In this document: positions 15,939 through 24,670 of the stretch, in pieces
Numbering within the stretch: position 1 is the first letter of the stretch
Layout of the letters: every line of letters starts with the position of its first letter
DNA from: Pseudomonadota bacterium
Lineage (GTDB): Bacteria > Pseudomonadota > Alphaproteobacteria > Rhodospirillales > UBA2165
DNA: 25,972 bases
Direction of reading: 5' to 3'
Assembly (NCBI GenBank): GCA_027592155.1
Contig: JAQCKY010000001.1
Span: 1-25,972 of the forward strand
The notes under the pieces: generated by a model
Database searches by the model: none
Told to the model about the DNA's origin: nothing
What the model saw: only the letters and a program-made list of their open reading frames with translations
Translations under genes and position numbers: made by a program

Positions 15939-17636
15939 ATGGTTTCGGACGGTAATGCCAGCGTGAGAAGCGCGCCTGAAGGCGATCAGGCAAAAAGCGA
16001 GCGGGATAGATTTGTCGCCTTTGCCTTTTGCTGGGCCGATATCCTCGTCGAGCTCGACGCCGACGGCAAGATCACCTTTATGACAGGCGCCACCCAAGTC
16101 CTGGCCGGTAAAGAAGCGGCCAAACTTATCGGCACCCAATTTGCCGAGTTTGTCGCCAAACGAGACCGGGCGTTGGTCCGAGAACTACTCAAAGTTGCGG
16201 CGAAACGGGGCCGTATCGAGAATTCCACAATTCGCCTCGAAGGCTTGTTCGGGGAGAGCGCACCGCTGTCGATTGCCGGCTACAAGCTGGACGAACTAAG
16301 CGGCCATTTTTTTCTGGCCCTTCGCGCCGGCTCATCCGGTGGCTCCCGCATCGGTGCGCCGGGCCGTGATCAGGAAAGCGGATTGTTCGATGCCGACTCC
16401 TTTGCCCATGTCGCCGGCGAACGCCTCAAATCCGCGCGAGAAACCGGAGCCGATGCCGAGCTCACACTGATCGAACTTCTTGATCTCGATGCCTTGCGGG
16501 ACCGCCTTGACGAGGAATCGGAGCAAAGTCTTATCACGACTCTCGGCGCGGCATTGAGGGCGAACTCGGTCAACGGTGACACCGCCGGGCAGGTTTCTGA
16601 CGGCCGTTACGCTTTGGTGCACGACGCGTCGGTCGATGTCGCCGAGTTGGAAGAGGATCTCAGCGCTTATACCAAGGACGTCGATCCGGAAGGCCAGGGC
16701 GTCTCCGTGGAGGCGGCAACCGTCGCCACCGACGAAGACTCATTGAGCGACGAAGATTTGGCAAATGGGCTGGTGTATACCATCAACCGGTTTCGCGAAT
16801 CCAAGGGGACGGATTTTAATCTTACCGATTTCTCGAACAATTTATCGGGGATGATTGGTCAGGCAGTGAAGTCGGTAAAATCCTTGAACGATATTATCGA
16901 AAAATCGAATTTCGATGTCGTGTTTCATCCGATCATCGGTGTGAACGACGGTAGAATTCATCATTACGAGGCCCTTGCGCGGTTCCCCTCGGGCATGGGC
17001 GATGCGTCGCCGTTCGAAACCATCACCTTCGCGGAAGATATCGGCCTAATCTGGCAGTTCGATTTCGCCATGGCAAAAAAGGTCGTCGCATGGCTTTCCC
17101 AGAGCGGCAATAAAAGGCATAGCGTTGCGGTTAATATTTCCGGCTTTTCGGTCGGCCATCCAGAATATCTGGAAGCCCTGCAGTCGCTCCTTCAGCGCAA
17201 TTTTTGGGTCCAGGGGCAGTTATTGTTCGAGATCACCGAGTCGTCACGCATCGTCGACCTTTCGACTGCCAACGACTTCATCCAGACCTTGCGTGCAGCC
17301 GGTTATGCTGTTTGCCTCGATGATTTCGGGGCCGGTGCGGCGAGCTTTCAGTATCTGAGCACCCTCGAAGTGGATGTCGTCAAGCTCGACGGATTGGCGG
17401 TAAAGAATGCTCAGCGGGCGACCAAGGGCCGCGCTTTCCTGACCGCGCTCACCCGGCTTTGCCAGGATCTTCACGTCGAGACCATTGCCGAGATGATCGA
17501 CGAACCCAAAGGGTTGGAATTCATCCGGGATTGCGGCGTCGATTACGCCCAAGGCTTTCTTTTCGGCGAGCCGTCCGGCGATGTCCAAAATTTTAGAGAC
17601 TCGATTCCGTCGGCGCTCTTCCACGGAGGGTCATAA
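15939..17636 (+). CDS. PAS + degenerate GGDEF + EAL protein, likely c-di-GMP phosphodiesterase
   Basis: HYEALAR, VAVNISG, FEITES, LDDFGAG, VKLDG, IAEMID, AQGFLFG present; GGDEF position reads SDGRY. Confidence 0.88.
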   Translation: MVSDGNASVRSAPEGDQAKSERDRFVAFAFCWADILVELDADGKITFMTGATQVLAGKEAAKLIGTQFAEFVAKRDRALVRELLKVAAKRGRIENSTIRLEGLFGESAPLSIAGYKLDELSGHFFLALRAGSSGGSRIGAPGRDQESGLFDADSFAHVAGERLKSARETGADAELTLIELLDLDALRDRLDEESEQSLITTLGAALRANSVNGDTAGQVSDGRYALVHDASVDVAELEEDLSAYTKDVDPEGQGVSVEAATVATDEDSLSDEDLANGLVYTINRFRESKGTDFNLTDFSNNLSGMIGQAVKSVKSLNDIIEKSNFDVVFHPIIGVNDGRIHHYEALARFPSGMGDASPFETITFAEDIGLIWQFDFAMAKKVVAWLSQSGNKRHSVAVNISGFSVGHPEYLEALQSLLQRNFWVQGQLLFEITESSRIVDLSTANDFIQTLRAAGYAVCLDDFGAGAASFQYLSTLEVDVVKLDGLAVKNAQRATKGRAFLTALTRLCQDLHVETIAEMIDEPKGLEFIRDCGVDYAQGFLFGEPSGDVQNFRDSIPSALFHGGS

Positions 17637-17651
17637 CGCATAGCCTAGGGC

Positions 17652-18578
17652 TTAGCTGGCCTCGATCAGCGTTCCCGCGCCATGCTCGGTGAACAGTTCC
17701 AGCAGCAGCGCGTGGGGAACCCGGCCATCGATGATGACGGCGGCTTCGACATCTGCTTCTACCGCTTCAAGGCAGGTTTCGACCTTGGGGATCATGCCGC
17801 CGGCGATGGTGCCGTCCTGCATGCGGGCCCGGGCTTCTTTCGCCGTCAGGTGCGGAATCAACCTCCCCTTTTTATCGAGCACACCGGTAACATCCGTCAG
17901 CATCAAAAGGCGCTTTGCCCCCATTGCCGCGGCAATCGCGCCGGCGGCCGTGTCGGCATTGATGTTGAAGGTTTCGCCCTTGTTCCCGATCCCGATCGGC
18001 GCGATCACCGGGATCATGTCCGAATCCTGGAAGACGTCGAGAACATTGGTCGTGATTTCCCGGGGCTCACCGACAAACCCAAGGTCAAGAATTTTTTCGA
18101 TATTCGAATCCGGGTCGCGTTTGGTGCGGCGCACCTTGGTCGCGCGGATCAGGTTGCCGTCTTTGCCTGAGAGGCCGACGGCGAACCCGCCCGCCGCATT
18201 AATGGCGGTGGCGATTTGTTTGTTGATCGTGCCGGCCAGCACCATCTCCACGACCGTGACGGTCTCCGCATCGGTAACCCGCAAACCATCAATGAAAGAC
18301 GATTGGATTTTGAGGCGTTCGAGCATCTCGCCGATTTGCGGTCCTCCGCCATGGACGACGATGGGGTTAATGCCGACTTGTTTGAGAAGGACGATGTCAT
18401 CGGCAAAGAGCTTGGCCAGCTTTGCATCGCCCATCGCATGGCCACCATATTTGACGACGATCGTTTCGCCGGCATGGCGTTGCATAAACGGCAATGCTTC
18501 CGAAAGCACGCTCGCTTGCGCCAACCATTCTTCGGCGGATTTGGTGGATTTTTTGGGTTTTGCTTCGGACTTTGGCAT
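17652..18578 (-). CDS. argB: Acetylglutamate kinase
   Basis: [51 protein letters not shown]. Confidence 0.98.
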   Translation of the reverse strand: MPKSEAKPKKSTKSAEEWLAQASVLSEALPFMQRHAGETIVVKYGGHAMGDAKLAKLFADDIVLLKQVGINPIVVHGGGPQIGEMLERLKIQSSFIDGLRVTDAETVTVVEMVLAGTINKQIATAINAAGGFAVGLSGKDGNLIRATKVRRTKRDPDSNIEKILDLGFVGEPREITTNVLDVFQDSDMIPVIAPIGIGNKGETFNINADTAAGAIAAAMGAKRLLMLTDVTGVLDKKGRLIPHLTAKEARARMQDGTIAGGMIPKVETCLEAVEADVEAAVIIDGRVPHALLLELFTEHGAGTLIEAS

Positions 18579-18587
18579 GACGGGACT

Positions 18588-19256
18588 CTAGCTGATGTCA
18601 TCCGCTGCCGCCAGCGCCGCCAACATGGCCCGCAGTTCGGCAATCCCAGTACCGTTCTTGGCGCTGGTGGGAATGATCGTGGGGTGGGCGGCGGTGTGTC
18701 CGGCCGCCTCTTGGGCGGTCTCCGCGAGGAGTTTATCGAGGGCTCCGGCTTTTATCTTGTCGCATTTGGTGAGCACGATCTGATAGATCACCGCGGTCTC
18801 ATCGAGAAGCGTCATCGCCTCGCGGTCAACGGTTTTGAGACCGTGCCGGCTGTCGATCAGCAGACAGGTCCGGCGCAGTTGCGGCCGGCCCCTCAAGTAG
18901 CTCCGGGTAAAGGCGGTCCATTGTTCGACCAAATGCCGGGGCGCCTTGGCGTACCCGTACCCGGGCAGGTCAGTCATCATGAGCCGATTGCCCAGGCGGA
19001 AGAAGTTCAGTTGCTGGGTCCGCCCTGGCTGGTTCGATGTCCGGGCCAGGGTCGAACGGCCGGTCAAGGCGTTCACCAGACTCGACTTGCCGACGTTGGA
19101 CCGCCCGGCAAAGGCGATCTCGGGCAAGTCGCTGTCGGGCACCTCGTCGGGCGCGGTTGCGCCGCGGACAAATTCGCATTCCTGCGCGAACAACCAATGC
19201 CCGAATTTGACATCAGGCTCATCTTCCGTTGATACGGAATCGTTCTCTGGGCCCAT
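18588..19256 (-). CDS. yihA: Ribosome biogenesis GTPase YihA/YsxC (EngB)
   Basis: GRSNVGKSS (G1), PGRTQ, DLPGYG (G3), TKCD (G4), TSAK. Confidence 0.97.
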   Translation of the reverse strand: MGPENDSVSTEDEPDVKFGHWLFAQECEFVRGATAPDEVPDSDLPEIAFAGRSNVGKSSLVNALTGRSTLARTSNQPGRTQQLNFFRLGNRLMMTDLPGYGYAKAPRHLVEQWTAFTRSYLRGRPQLRRTCLLIDSRHGLKTVDREAMTLLDETAVIYQIVLTKCDKIKAGALDKLLAETAQEAAGHTAAHPTIIPTSAKNGTGIAELRAMLAALAAADDIS

Positions 19257-19284
19257 AATGTTTCCCCAGTTATGTCAGGTGCCG

Positions 19285-21279
19285 TTAACGCTTCTTCTTA
19301 GGGCGCCGGCGCTTGTTGGGCCGTTTCGGTTTCGGGTGTGACACATTGGCGGACGTGGCCTCCGGCGTTTCGGGCTCGGCCTTTGCCTCCGTCGCGTCCG
19401 CCTCTGTTTCTTCTGTCGCAGACGCTTCTAACGGATCATTATTGTTGGCGCTTCCCGCCGCCGCCGCCGCAGGCGCGGTTTTCTTAACCTTGCCGCCACC
19501 GATGGCGACACCGGCGCGTTTCATGATCACATATTGCTGCAGGATCGAAAGTGAGTTGTTCCAGGTCCAATAAATCACCAGGCCGGACGGGAAACGGGCC
19601 AGCATGATGGTGAAGATGAAGGGCAGGAACATGAATATCTTTGCCTGCGTCGGGTCGGTCGGCGCCGGATTCAGCTTTTGCTGGAAGTACATGGTTAGAC
19701 CCATCAGGACCGGCCAGACGCCGATGACGGCGAATTCAGGCGGTGTGAAGGGGATCAGGCCAAACAGATTTACAAAAGTGAGGCTATCGGCCGCCGAAAG
19801 ATCCTGAATCCATCCGAAAAACGGGGTGTGGCGCATTTCGATGGTGACAAAAAGAACCTTATAGAGTGCGAAAAACACCGGAATCTGAGGCAGGATCGGT
19901 AAACAGCCCGATGCCGGATTGGCCTTTTCCCGTTTATAGAGGCCCATGACCTCTTGGTTCATCTTGGCACGGTCTTCTTTGTAGCGGTCCCGGATTTTCA
20001 TCATCTCGGGTTGCAGCTCCTTCATCTTGCTCATCGCCCGGTAGGACTTATTGGCAAGGGGGAAGAAGGCGAGTTTGATCAAAACCGTCAGGAAGAGAAT
20101 CGACAGGCCCATATTGCCGATCCAGCCATTGAAGAAAATTAGGGCTTTGAAGATCGGCTTGGTCAGCCAGGCGAAATATCCCCAATCGATGGCAAGGTCG
20201 AACCGTTCGATACCAAGCTCATCTAGGTAGCTGTCGACCAAGGCGGCTTCCTTGGCGCCGGCAAACAACCGGTTCGTGGATTCGGATACGGCGTTGGGCG
20301 CCACGGTCGCGGAGGGTGCCAGAAAATCGACACGGTAGCGGTCGATGCCCTGCTCGACGCTGTTGGTATAGCGGGTTTGGGTTTTGGTCTTCTGATCGGG
20401 GATCAGCGCCGTCAGCCAATATTTATCGGTGATACCGGTCCAGCCGCCGGTGGTTTCTTTCTTGATGATCTTGCTGTCCGCATCCTGGACATCGTCATAA
20501 TCATATTCCGCCAAAACGCCGTCAAAGACGCCGACCAGACCCTCATGCAGGATATAGAAATCGAGGACATCGGGAGTACCGGTCCGCAAAATCTGACCGA
20601 AGGGGAAAACGGTTGCGCTCTTGGTGCCCTTGTTCTCAACCCGTTGGGTGATCGTGAACATATAGTTGGCGTCAAGGGCGATGGTTTGGCTGAACTTGAC
20701 CTTGTCTTTGTTTTCCCAGCTCAAGGTCACCGGGTTCTCGGGCGTCAGCGTCGTGCGATTGGCGGTCCAAAGCGTCGAGCCGTTCGGCACTTCGGTGTCG
20801 CTGGAAAGCCACCAGAACTGCGCATAATAAGGGCTTCGTCCGTTAAACGGCTCCAACAAATGGATTTTTTCGCTGTCCGGTTTGATCGTCTCGTTATAGT
20901 CCTGCAAATCATCGAAACGCCCGCCGATCAGGGAAATCGAGCCTTGCAGCCGTTTGGAATCGATCTTGATCCGGGGAACACTGGCGAGCGTCCTCTCCCG
21001 GTTTAATCCCGTCGAACCCGGAAGTTGCGGAGCGTTGGCTGAGGCGGCGGAGGGAACCGAAGGCGTCTGTTGCGCGCCGCCCGGTAGCGCCGGTGCCTGC
21101 GAACTCGTACCCGACGGCAATTGCGGCGTGGTTGCCGTTTCCGGTGCCGGTTGCCCGGTCGGAGCCGATTGCCCGGCGATCTCACCGGGCGGCGGCGGGG
21201 GTGGTGCGAAAAACAGCTGAAAGGTCAAGATGATGGCGACAGAGGCCACGACGGCCATCAGGAGATTTTTGTTGTCCAT
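19285..21279 (-). CDS. yidC: Membrane protein insertase YidC with long C-terminal tail
   Basis: N-terminal TM, large periplasmic domain, IDWGYF, SMK-like SKMKELQP, GCLPILPQIPVFFALY, LVIYWTWNN; follows rnpA-yidD. Confidence 0.98.
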   Translation of the reverse strand: MDNKNLLMAVVASVAIILTFQLFFAPPPPPPGEIAGQSAPTGQPAPETATTPQLPSGTSSQAPALPGGAQQTPSVPSAASANAPQLPGSTGLNRERTLASVPRIKIDSKRLQGSISLIGGRFDDLQDYNETIKPDSEKIHLLEPFNGRSPYYAQFWWLSSDTEVPNGSTLWTANRTTLTPENPVTLSWENKDKVKFSQTIALDANYMFTITQRVENKGTKSATVFPFGQILRTGTPDVLDFYILHEGLVGVFDGVLAEYDYDDVQDADSKIIKKETTGGWTGITDKYWLTALIPDQKTKTQTRYTNSVEQGIDRYRVDFLAPSATVAPNAVSESTNRLFAGAKEAALVDSYLDELGIERFDLAIDWGYFAWLTKPIFKALIFFNGWIGNMGLSILFLTVLIKLAFFPLANKSYRAMSKMKELQPEMMKIRDRYKEDRAKMNQEVMGLYKREKANPASGCLPILPQIPVFFALYKVLFVTIEMRHTPFFGWIQDLSAADSLTFVNLFGLIPFTPPEFAVIGVWPVLMGLTMYFQQKLNPAPTDPTQAKIFMFLPFIFTIMLARFPSGLVIYWTWNNSLSILQQYVIMKRAGVAIGGGKVKKTAPAAAAAGSANNNDPLEASATEETEADATEAKAEPETPEATSANVSHPKPKRPNKRRRPKKKR

Positions 21280-21296
21280 CTTTCGGTCCGGGCTCC

Positions 21297-21605
21297 CTAG
21301 GACTGGTGGACCGATACGGCCGAATTCGGATCGGCGGCGGTGTCGGTGTTATGGTGATGGGTGGGAATGAGGCAATCGGTGCCCGGTTCGGGCACCGGGT
21401 CAAATCCGGATGTTCCCCAGGGCTGGCAGCGGCCAATCCGCTTGAGGGTGAGCCAGCCACCCCTAATCGGGCCGTGCAGCGTCAATGCTTCGATGCCGTA
21501 TTGGGAACAGGTTGGATAATGTCTGCAGCTGCACGGCAGGACCGGCGAAATCATCAGTTGATAGACGCGAATAAGGCCGCGGAGGAATAAGCTGAGAATT
21601 TTCAT
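21297..21605 (-). CDS. yidD: Membrane protein insertion efficiency factor YidD
   Basis: [34 protein letters not shown]; ATG overlaps the rnpA stop. Confidence 0.96.
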   Translation of the reverse strand: MKILSLFLRGLIRVYQLMISPVLPCSCRHYPTCSQYGIEALTLHGPIRGGWLTLKRIGRCQPWGTSGFDPVPEPGTDCLIPTHHHNTDTAADPNSAVSVHQS

Positions 21606-21982
21606 TTGCTGGTCACCCCAGCATACGCCCCGAGTTTCCGAAGCGAGACCTCAAGGTCGTCGAGCAGGGCGGCATAGTTCCGCCGCCGGGTGCCGGCGCG
21701 GCCGATCAGGACGTAGTCATGGTGGTCTATGGCGTGCTCGGTCAATATATTTTCCGCGATGGCACGAAGGCGGCGTTTGGCCCGGTTTCGCACCACGGCG
21801 TTCCCAACTTTCTTGCTAACCGTAAACCCGACACGGATTGCTGACGCATCTCCAGCGATCGGTTCTTCGGCATCTCGCGCGCGTGCTTGGAGAATCAGCC
21901 CGGGTGTCACCCATTTCCGGCCTCCGCGCTGAGCGCGCAGAAAATCCGAACGATTTTTGAGACGCAAGAGGGTCGACCCCAC
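21602..21982 (-). CDS. rnpA: Ribonuclease P protein component
   Basis: [32 protein letters not shown] (RNR motif). Confidence 0.97.
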   Translation of the reverse strand: MGSTLLRLKNRSDFLRAQRGGRKWVTPGLILQARARDAEEPIAGDASAIRVGFTVSKKVGNAVVRNRAKRRLRAIAENILTEHAIDHHDYVLIGRAGTRRRNYAALLDDLEVSLRKLGAYAGVTSK

Positions 21983-22001
21983 GGCGCCGATCTCCGGCAG
22001 G

Positions 22002-22136
22002 TTATGCGGACAGGCGCTTCCGACCCTTGGCCCGGCGTTTTGCCAGGACGCGACGACCGCCTACGGTCGCCATACGGGAGCGGAAGCCGTGTCGGCGTTT
22101 TCGCACGAGGTTGCTGGGTTGAAAGGTTCTCTTCAC
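22002..22136 (-). CDS. rpmH: 50S ribosomal protein L34
   Basis: GTG at 22136 with GGAG upstream gives [44 protein letters not shown] (44 aa); the ORF-track start at 22220 is too early. Confidence 0.99.
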   Translation of the reverse strand: MKRTFQPSNLVRKRRHGFRSRMATVGGRRVLAKRRAKGRKRLSA

Positions 22137-22178
22137 CTGATTTCTCCGCGGTTCCGCTTTGGTAAATTCAAGGGCCGG

Positions 22179-22207
22179 TGTATACGTTTTCCATCCTGGG
22201 AAGTCAA
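22179..22207 (-). promoter_or_regulatory. Sigma-70 promoter for the rpmH operon
   Basis: Minus strand TTGACT-N17-TATACA, ending 43 nt upstream of the rpmH start. Confidence 0.8.
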
Positions 22208-22351
22208 CGCGCTGCGCCACACTCTTGATAACGGAATGTTGACTGGATGTTGGTGTGGCATGGACGTAGTTAAGCGGCGTCCGCGGAGTGATCGCTAGAC
22301 TGCCCGTCGGGCCTATTTTTTTGTTAATTTACGCAGGCGCTTCTTCCTACG

Positions 22352-23128
22352 ATGACAGATAATGAATCCATCGCAGAAACCATCGCAGAAACAAGCAGTG
22401 GCGCGCGCAAATTAGCCGTTAAACGTTTGTTACCGTTCGCGGTTTTGATCGCCGCATTGATCGTGACCTTCAGTCTGGATCTCCACCAGTATTTATCTTT
22501 CGACAGCCTCAAAGAGAACCGGGAAACCATCCTGGAATGGCGATCTTCCAACGCGGTGCTCGCGGCACTGTTGTTCGTCTTGGTCTATGCCGCGGCGATC
22601 GCCATCAGCTTGCCTGGTGCGATCTGGCTCACAATCGCATCCGGGTTTTTGTTTGGAACCCTACAAGGCGGCCTCCTGGTGGTTTTCGCGGCCACCCTCG
22701 GCGCGACCATTATCTTTCTCGCCGCCCGTTACGCTTTCGCCGACTTTTTCCATGCCAAAGTGAGCGGTTTGCTAAAGCAAGTGGAAGAGGGCTTTCGCAA
22801 AGACGCGGTAAGCTACCTTCTGTTTTTGCGGTTCGTGCCGGTCTTTCCGTTTTGGCTCGTCAATCTCGTGCCGGCGGTCCTGGGCGTATCGTTACCGGCC
22901 TATGTGATTGCCACATTTTTTGGAATAATTCCGGGGACCATGGTTTTTGCCAGTTTGGGCAACGGTATTGGCCATTTGATCGATCAAGGACGAACCCCCG
23001 ATCTCGGTATCATCTTTGATTTACAGGTCTTGGGCCCGCTTTTGGCACTCGCGTTATTGTCGTTGATCCCCGTCGCCTATAAACACCGTTCCGCTTTCGG
23101 CATCGGCAAAAACAAGGCCGGCGGATGA
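22352..23128 (+). CDS. TVP38/TMEM64 (VTT/DedA superfamily) membrane protein
   Basis: SLPGA...TIASGFLFG, GATIIFLAARY, YLLFLRFVPVFPFWLVNL, TFFGIIPG. Confidence 0.93.
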   Translation: MTDNESIAETIAETSSGARKLAVKRLLPFAVLIAALIVTFSLDLHQYLSFDSLKENRETILEWRSSNAVLAALLFVLVYAAAIAISLPGAIWLTIASGFLFGTLQGGLLVVFAATLGATIIFLAARYAFADFFHAKVSGLLKQVEEGFRKDAVSYLLFLRFVPVFPFWLVNLVPAVLGVSLPAYVIATFFGIIPGTMVFASLGNGIGHLIDQGRTPDLGIIFDLQVLGPLLALALLSLIPVAYKHRSAFGIGKNKAGG

Positions 23129-23191
23129 TCCGTGGTGCGGATACCGATCTCGCGGCTGTCACCCGATCCATCCATTGTTTGAGCATTTTTC

Positions 23192-24604
23192 ATGACAGAA
23201 CGAATTGACGCGGATATTTGCATCATCGGTGCCGGCTCGGGCGGACTGACCGTCGCCGCCGTTGCCGGTCAACTGGGCGTTTCTACGGTTTTGATCGAAA
23301 AACACAAGATGGGTGGCGATTGCCTCAATTACGGATGTGTGCCGTCGAAGGCGCTTCTGGCCGCCGCCCATGCTGCGGCGGGAGCCCGAAGCGCGCATCG
23401 GTTAGGGATCGAGTTGGACTCCCCGAACATCAACGGTGATGGCGCCTATACCCACGTTGCCCGCGCCATCGCCGAAATCGCTCCCCATGATTCCGTCGAA
23501 CGCTTTGAAGGGTTCGGCGCCCAGGTCATTCTTGCCGCGGCCCGGTTCACCGGGCCCCGCGAGGTTGAGGCCGGAGATTACACCATCCGGGCCCGGCGTT
23601 TCGTCGTGGCGACGGGATCGAGCCCCTTTGTGCCGCCGATCCCGGGGATCGGAGAAACCACCCACTACACCAACGAAACGATTTTCGGGCTCGATCGAGT
23701 TCCCGGTCATCTGATCATCGTCGGGGGTGGGCCGATCGGAATTGAAATGGCGCAGGCGCACCGCCAATTGGGCGCCGAGGTGACGGTCGTCGAAATGGCC
23801 TCGATTCTGCCGAACGACGATCCCGAGTTGGTTGGGATTCTCAGAACGCATCTCAGCGATGAAGGCATTCATCTGTTGGAGGGCACTGCCGTAGAGGGTG
23901 TTCGCGAACTCGATTCCGAAATCGAGGTTCAGTGCGGTGGTGGCCAGTCGGTTCGGGGCACTCATTTGCTGATCGCAGCGGGTCGGCGCCCCAACCTGGA
24001 TGGCCTCGAGCTGGAGAAGGCCGGGGTTACCTACACCGGAAAAGGGATCGATGTTGATGAGCGGCTGAGGACCACCAACCGGCGAATTTCCGCCATCGGC
24101 GATGTCGCTGGGGGGCACCAATTTACCCATATCGCCGGGTATCATGCCGGCATTTTCATACGTAACGCGCTGTTCCGGATGCCGGCGAAGGTAAGCAAAG
24201 GCGCTTATCCCTGGGTAACCTTTACCAGTCCCGAACTGGCCCAGGTCGGTCTCACCGATGCGACAGCCAAGGCGCAATTCGCCGATATTCGCGTGCTGAG
24301 CTGGCCCTTTTCCGACAATGACCGGGCGGTAACGGAGGGCAAAACCATCGGCATGGTCAAGGTCATCACCCGAAAAGGAAAAATTCTGGGCGCCAGTATA
24401 TTGGGACCTCACGCCGGAGAGTTGATTCAGACCTGGGGGCTGGCGATCAGCGCCGGGCTCAAGATCGGCAAGATCGCCAATATGATCGCGCCCTATCCGA
24501 CCTTTGCGGAAATCAACAAAAGGGCGGCGGGGGAGTATTTCACGCCGAGTCTCTTCAGCGATCGGACCCGTAAGATCGTCAGTTTTCTCAGTCGCTTCGG
24601 CTAA
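23192..24604 (+). CDS. Class I pyridine nucleotide-disulfide oxidoreductase (LpdA/MerA-like)
   Basis: IGAGSGG, GGDCLNYGCVPSK redox disulfide, VGGGPIGIE, AIGDV, C-terminal IAPYPTFAE; no HMA domain or C-terminal Cys-Cys. Confidence 0.92.
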   Translation: MTERIDADICIIGAGSGGLTVAAVAGQLGVSTVLIEKHKMGGDCLNYGCVPSKALLAAAHAAAGARSAHRLGIELDSPNINGDGAYTHVARAIAEIAPHDSVERFEGFGAQVILAAARFTGPREVEAGDYTIRARRFVVATGSSPFVPPIPGIGETTHYTNETIFGLDRVPGHLIIVGGGPIGIEMAQAHRQLGAEVTVVEMASILPNDDPELVGILRTHLSDEGIHLLEGTAVEGVRELDSEIEVQCGGGQSVRGTHLLIAAGRRPNLDGLELEKAGVTYTGKGIDVDERLRTTNRRISAIGDVAGGHQFTHIAGYHAGIFIRNALFRMPAKVSKGAYPWVTFTSPELAQVGLTDATAKAQFADIRVLSWPFSDNDRAVTEGKTIGMVKVITRKGKILGASILGPHAGELIQTWGLAISAGLKIGKIANMIAPYPTFAEINKRAAGEYFTPSLFSDRTRKIVSFLSRFG

Positions 24605-24670
24605 GCCCGTACAGGCGAAGAATGGGTCCGGGTGCTAGGCGCGCATCGCCGTGTGAGATAGGGTGGCAGC

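Noticed and set aside
17682-19341. Long plus-strand ORFs of 130-340 aa over argB and yihA, and similar shadow ORFs elsewhere
   Set aside because: They overlap well-supported genes, have no recognisable motifs and are expected from high-GC codon bias.
20899-20940. Possible short in-frame deletion in the YidC periplasmic domain (DDLQDY versus a recalled DDLxLxDY)
   Set aside because: Rests on memory of homologues; frame is intact and an alignment is needed.
21009-21126. Three P(Q/A)LP(S/G) units in the YidC N-terminal linker
   Set aside because: Low-complexity Pro/Ala linkers are normal at this position and the DNA copies are divergent.
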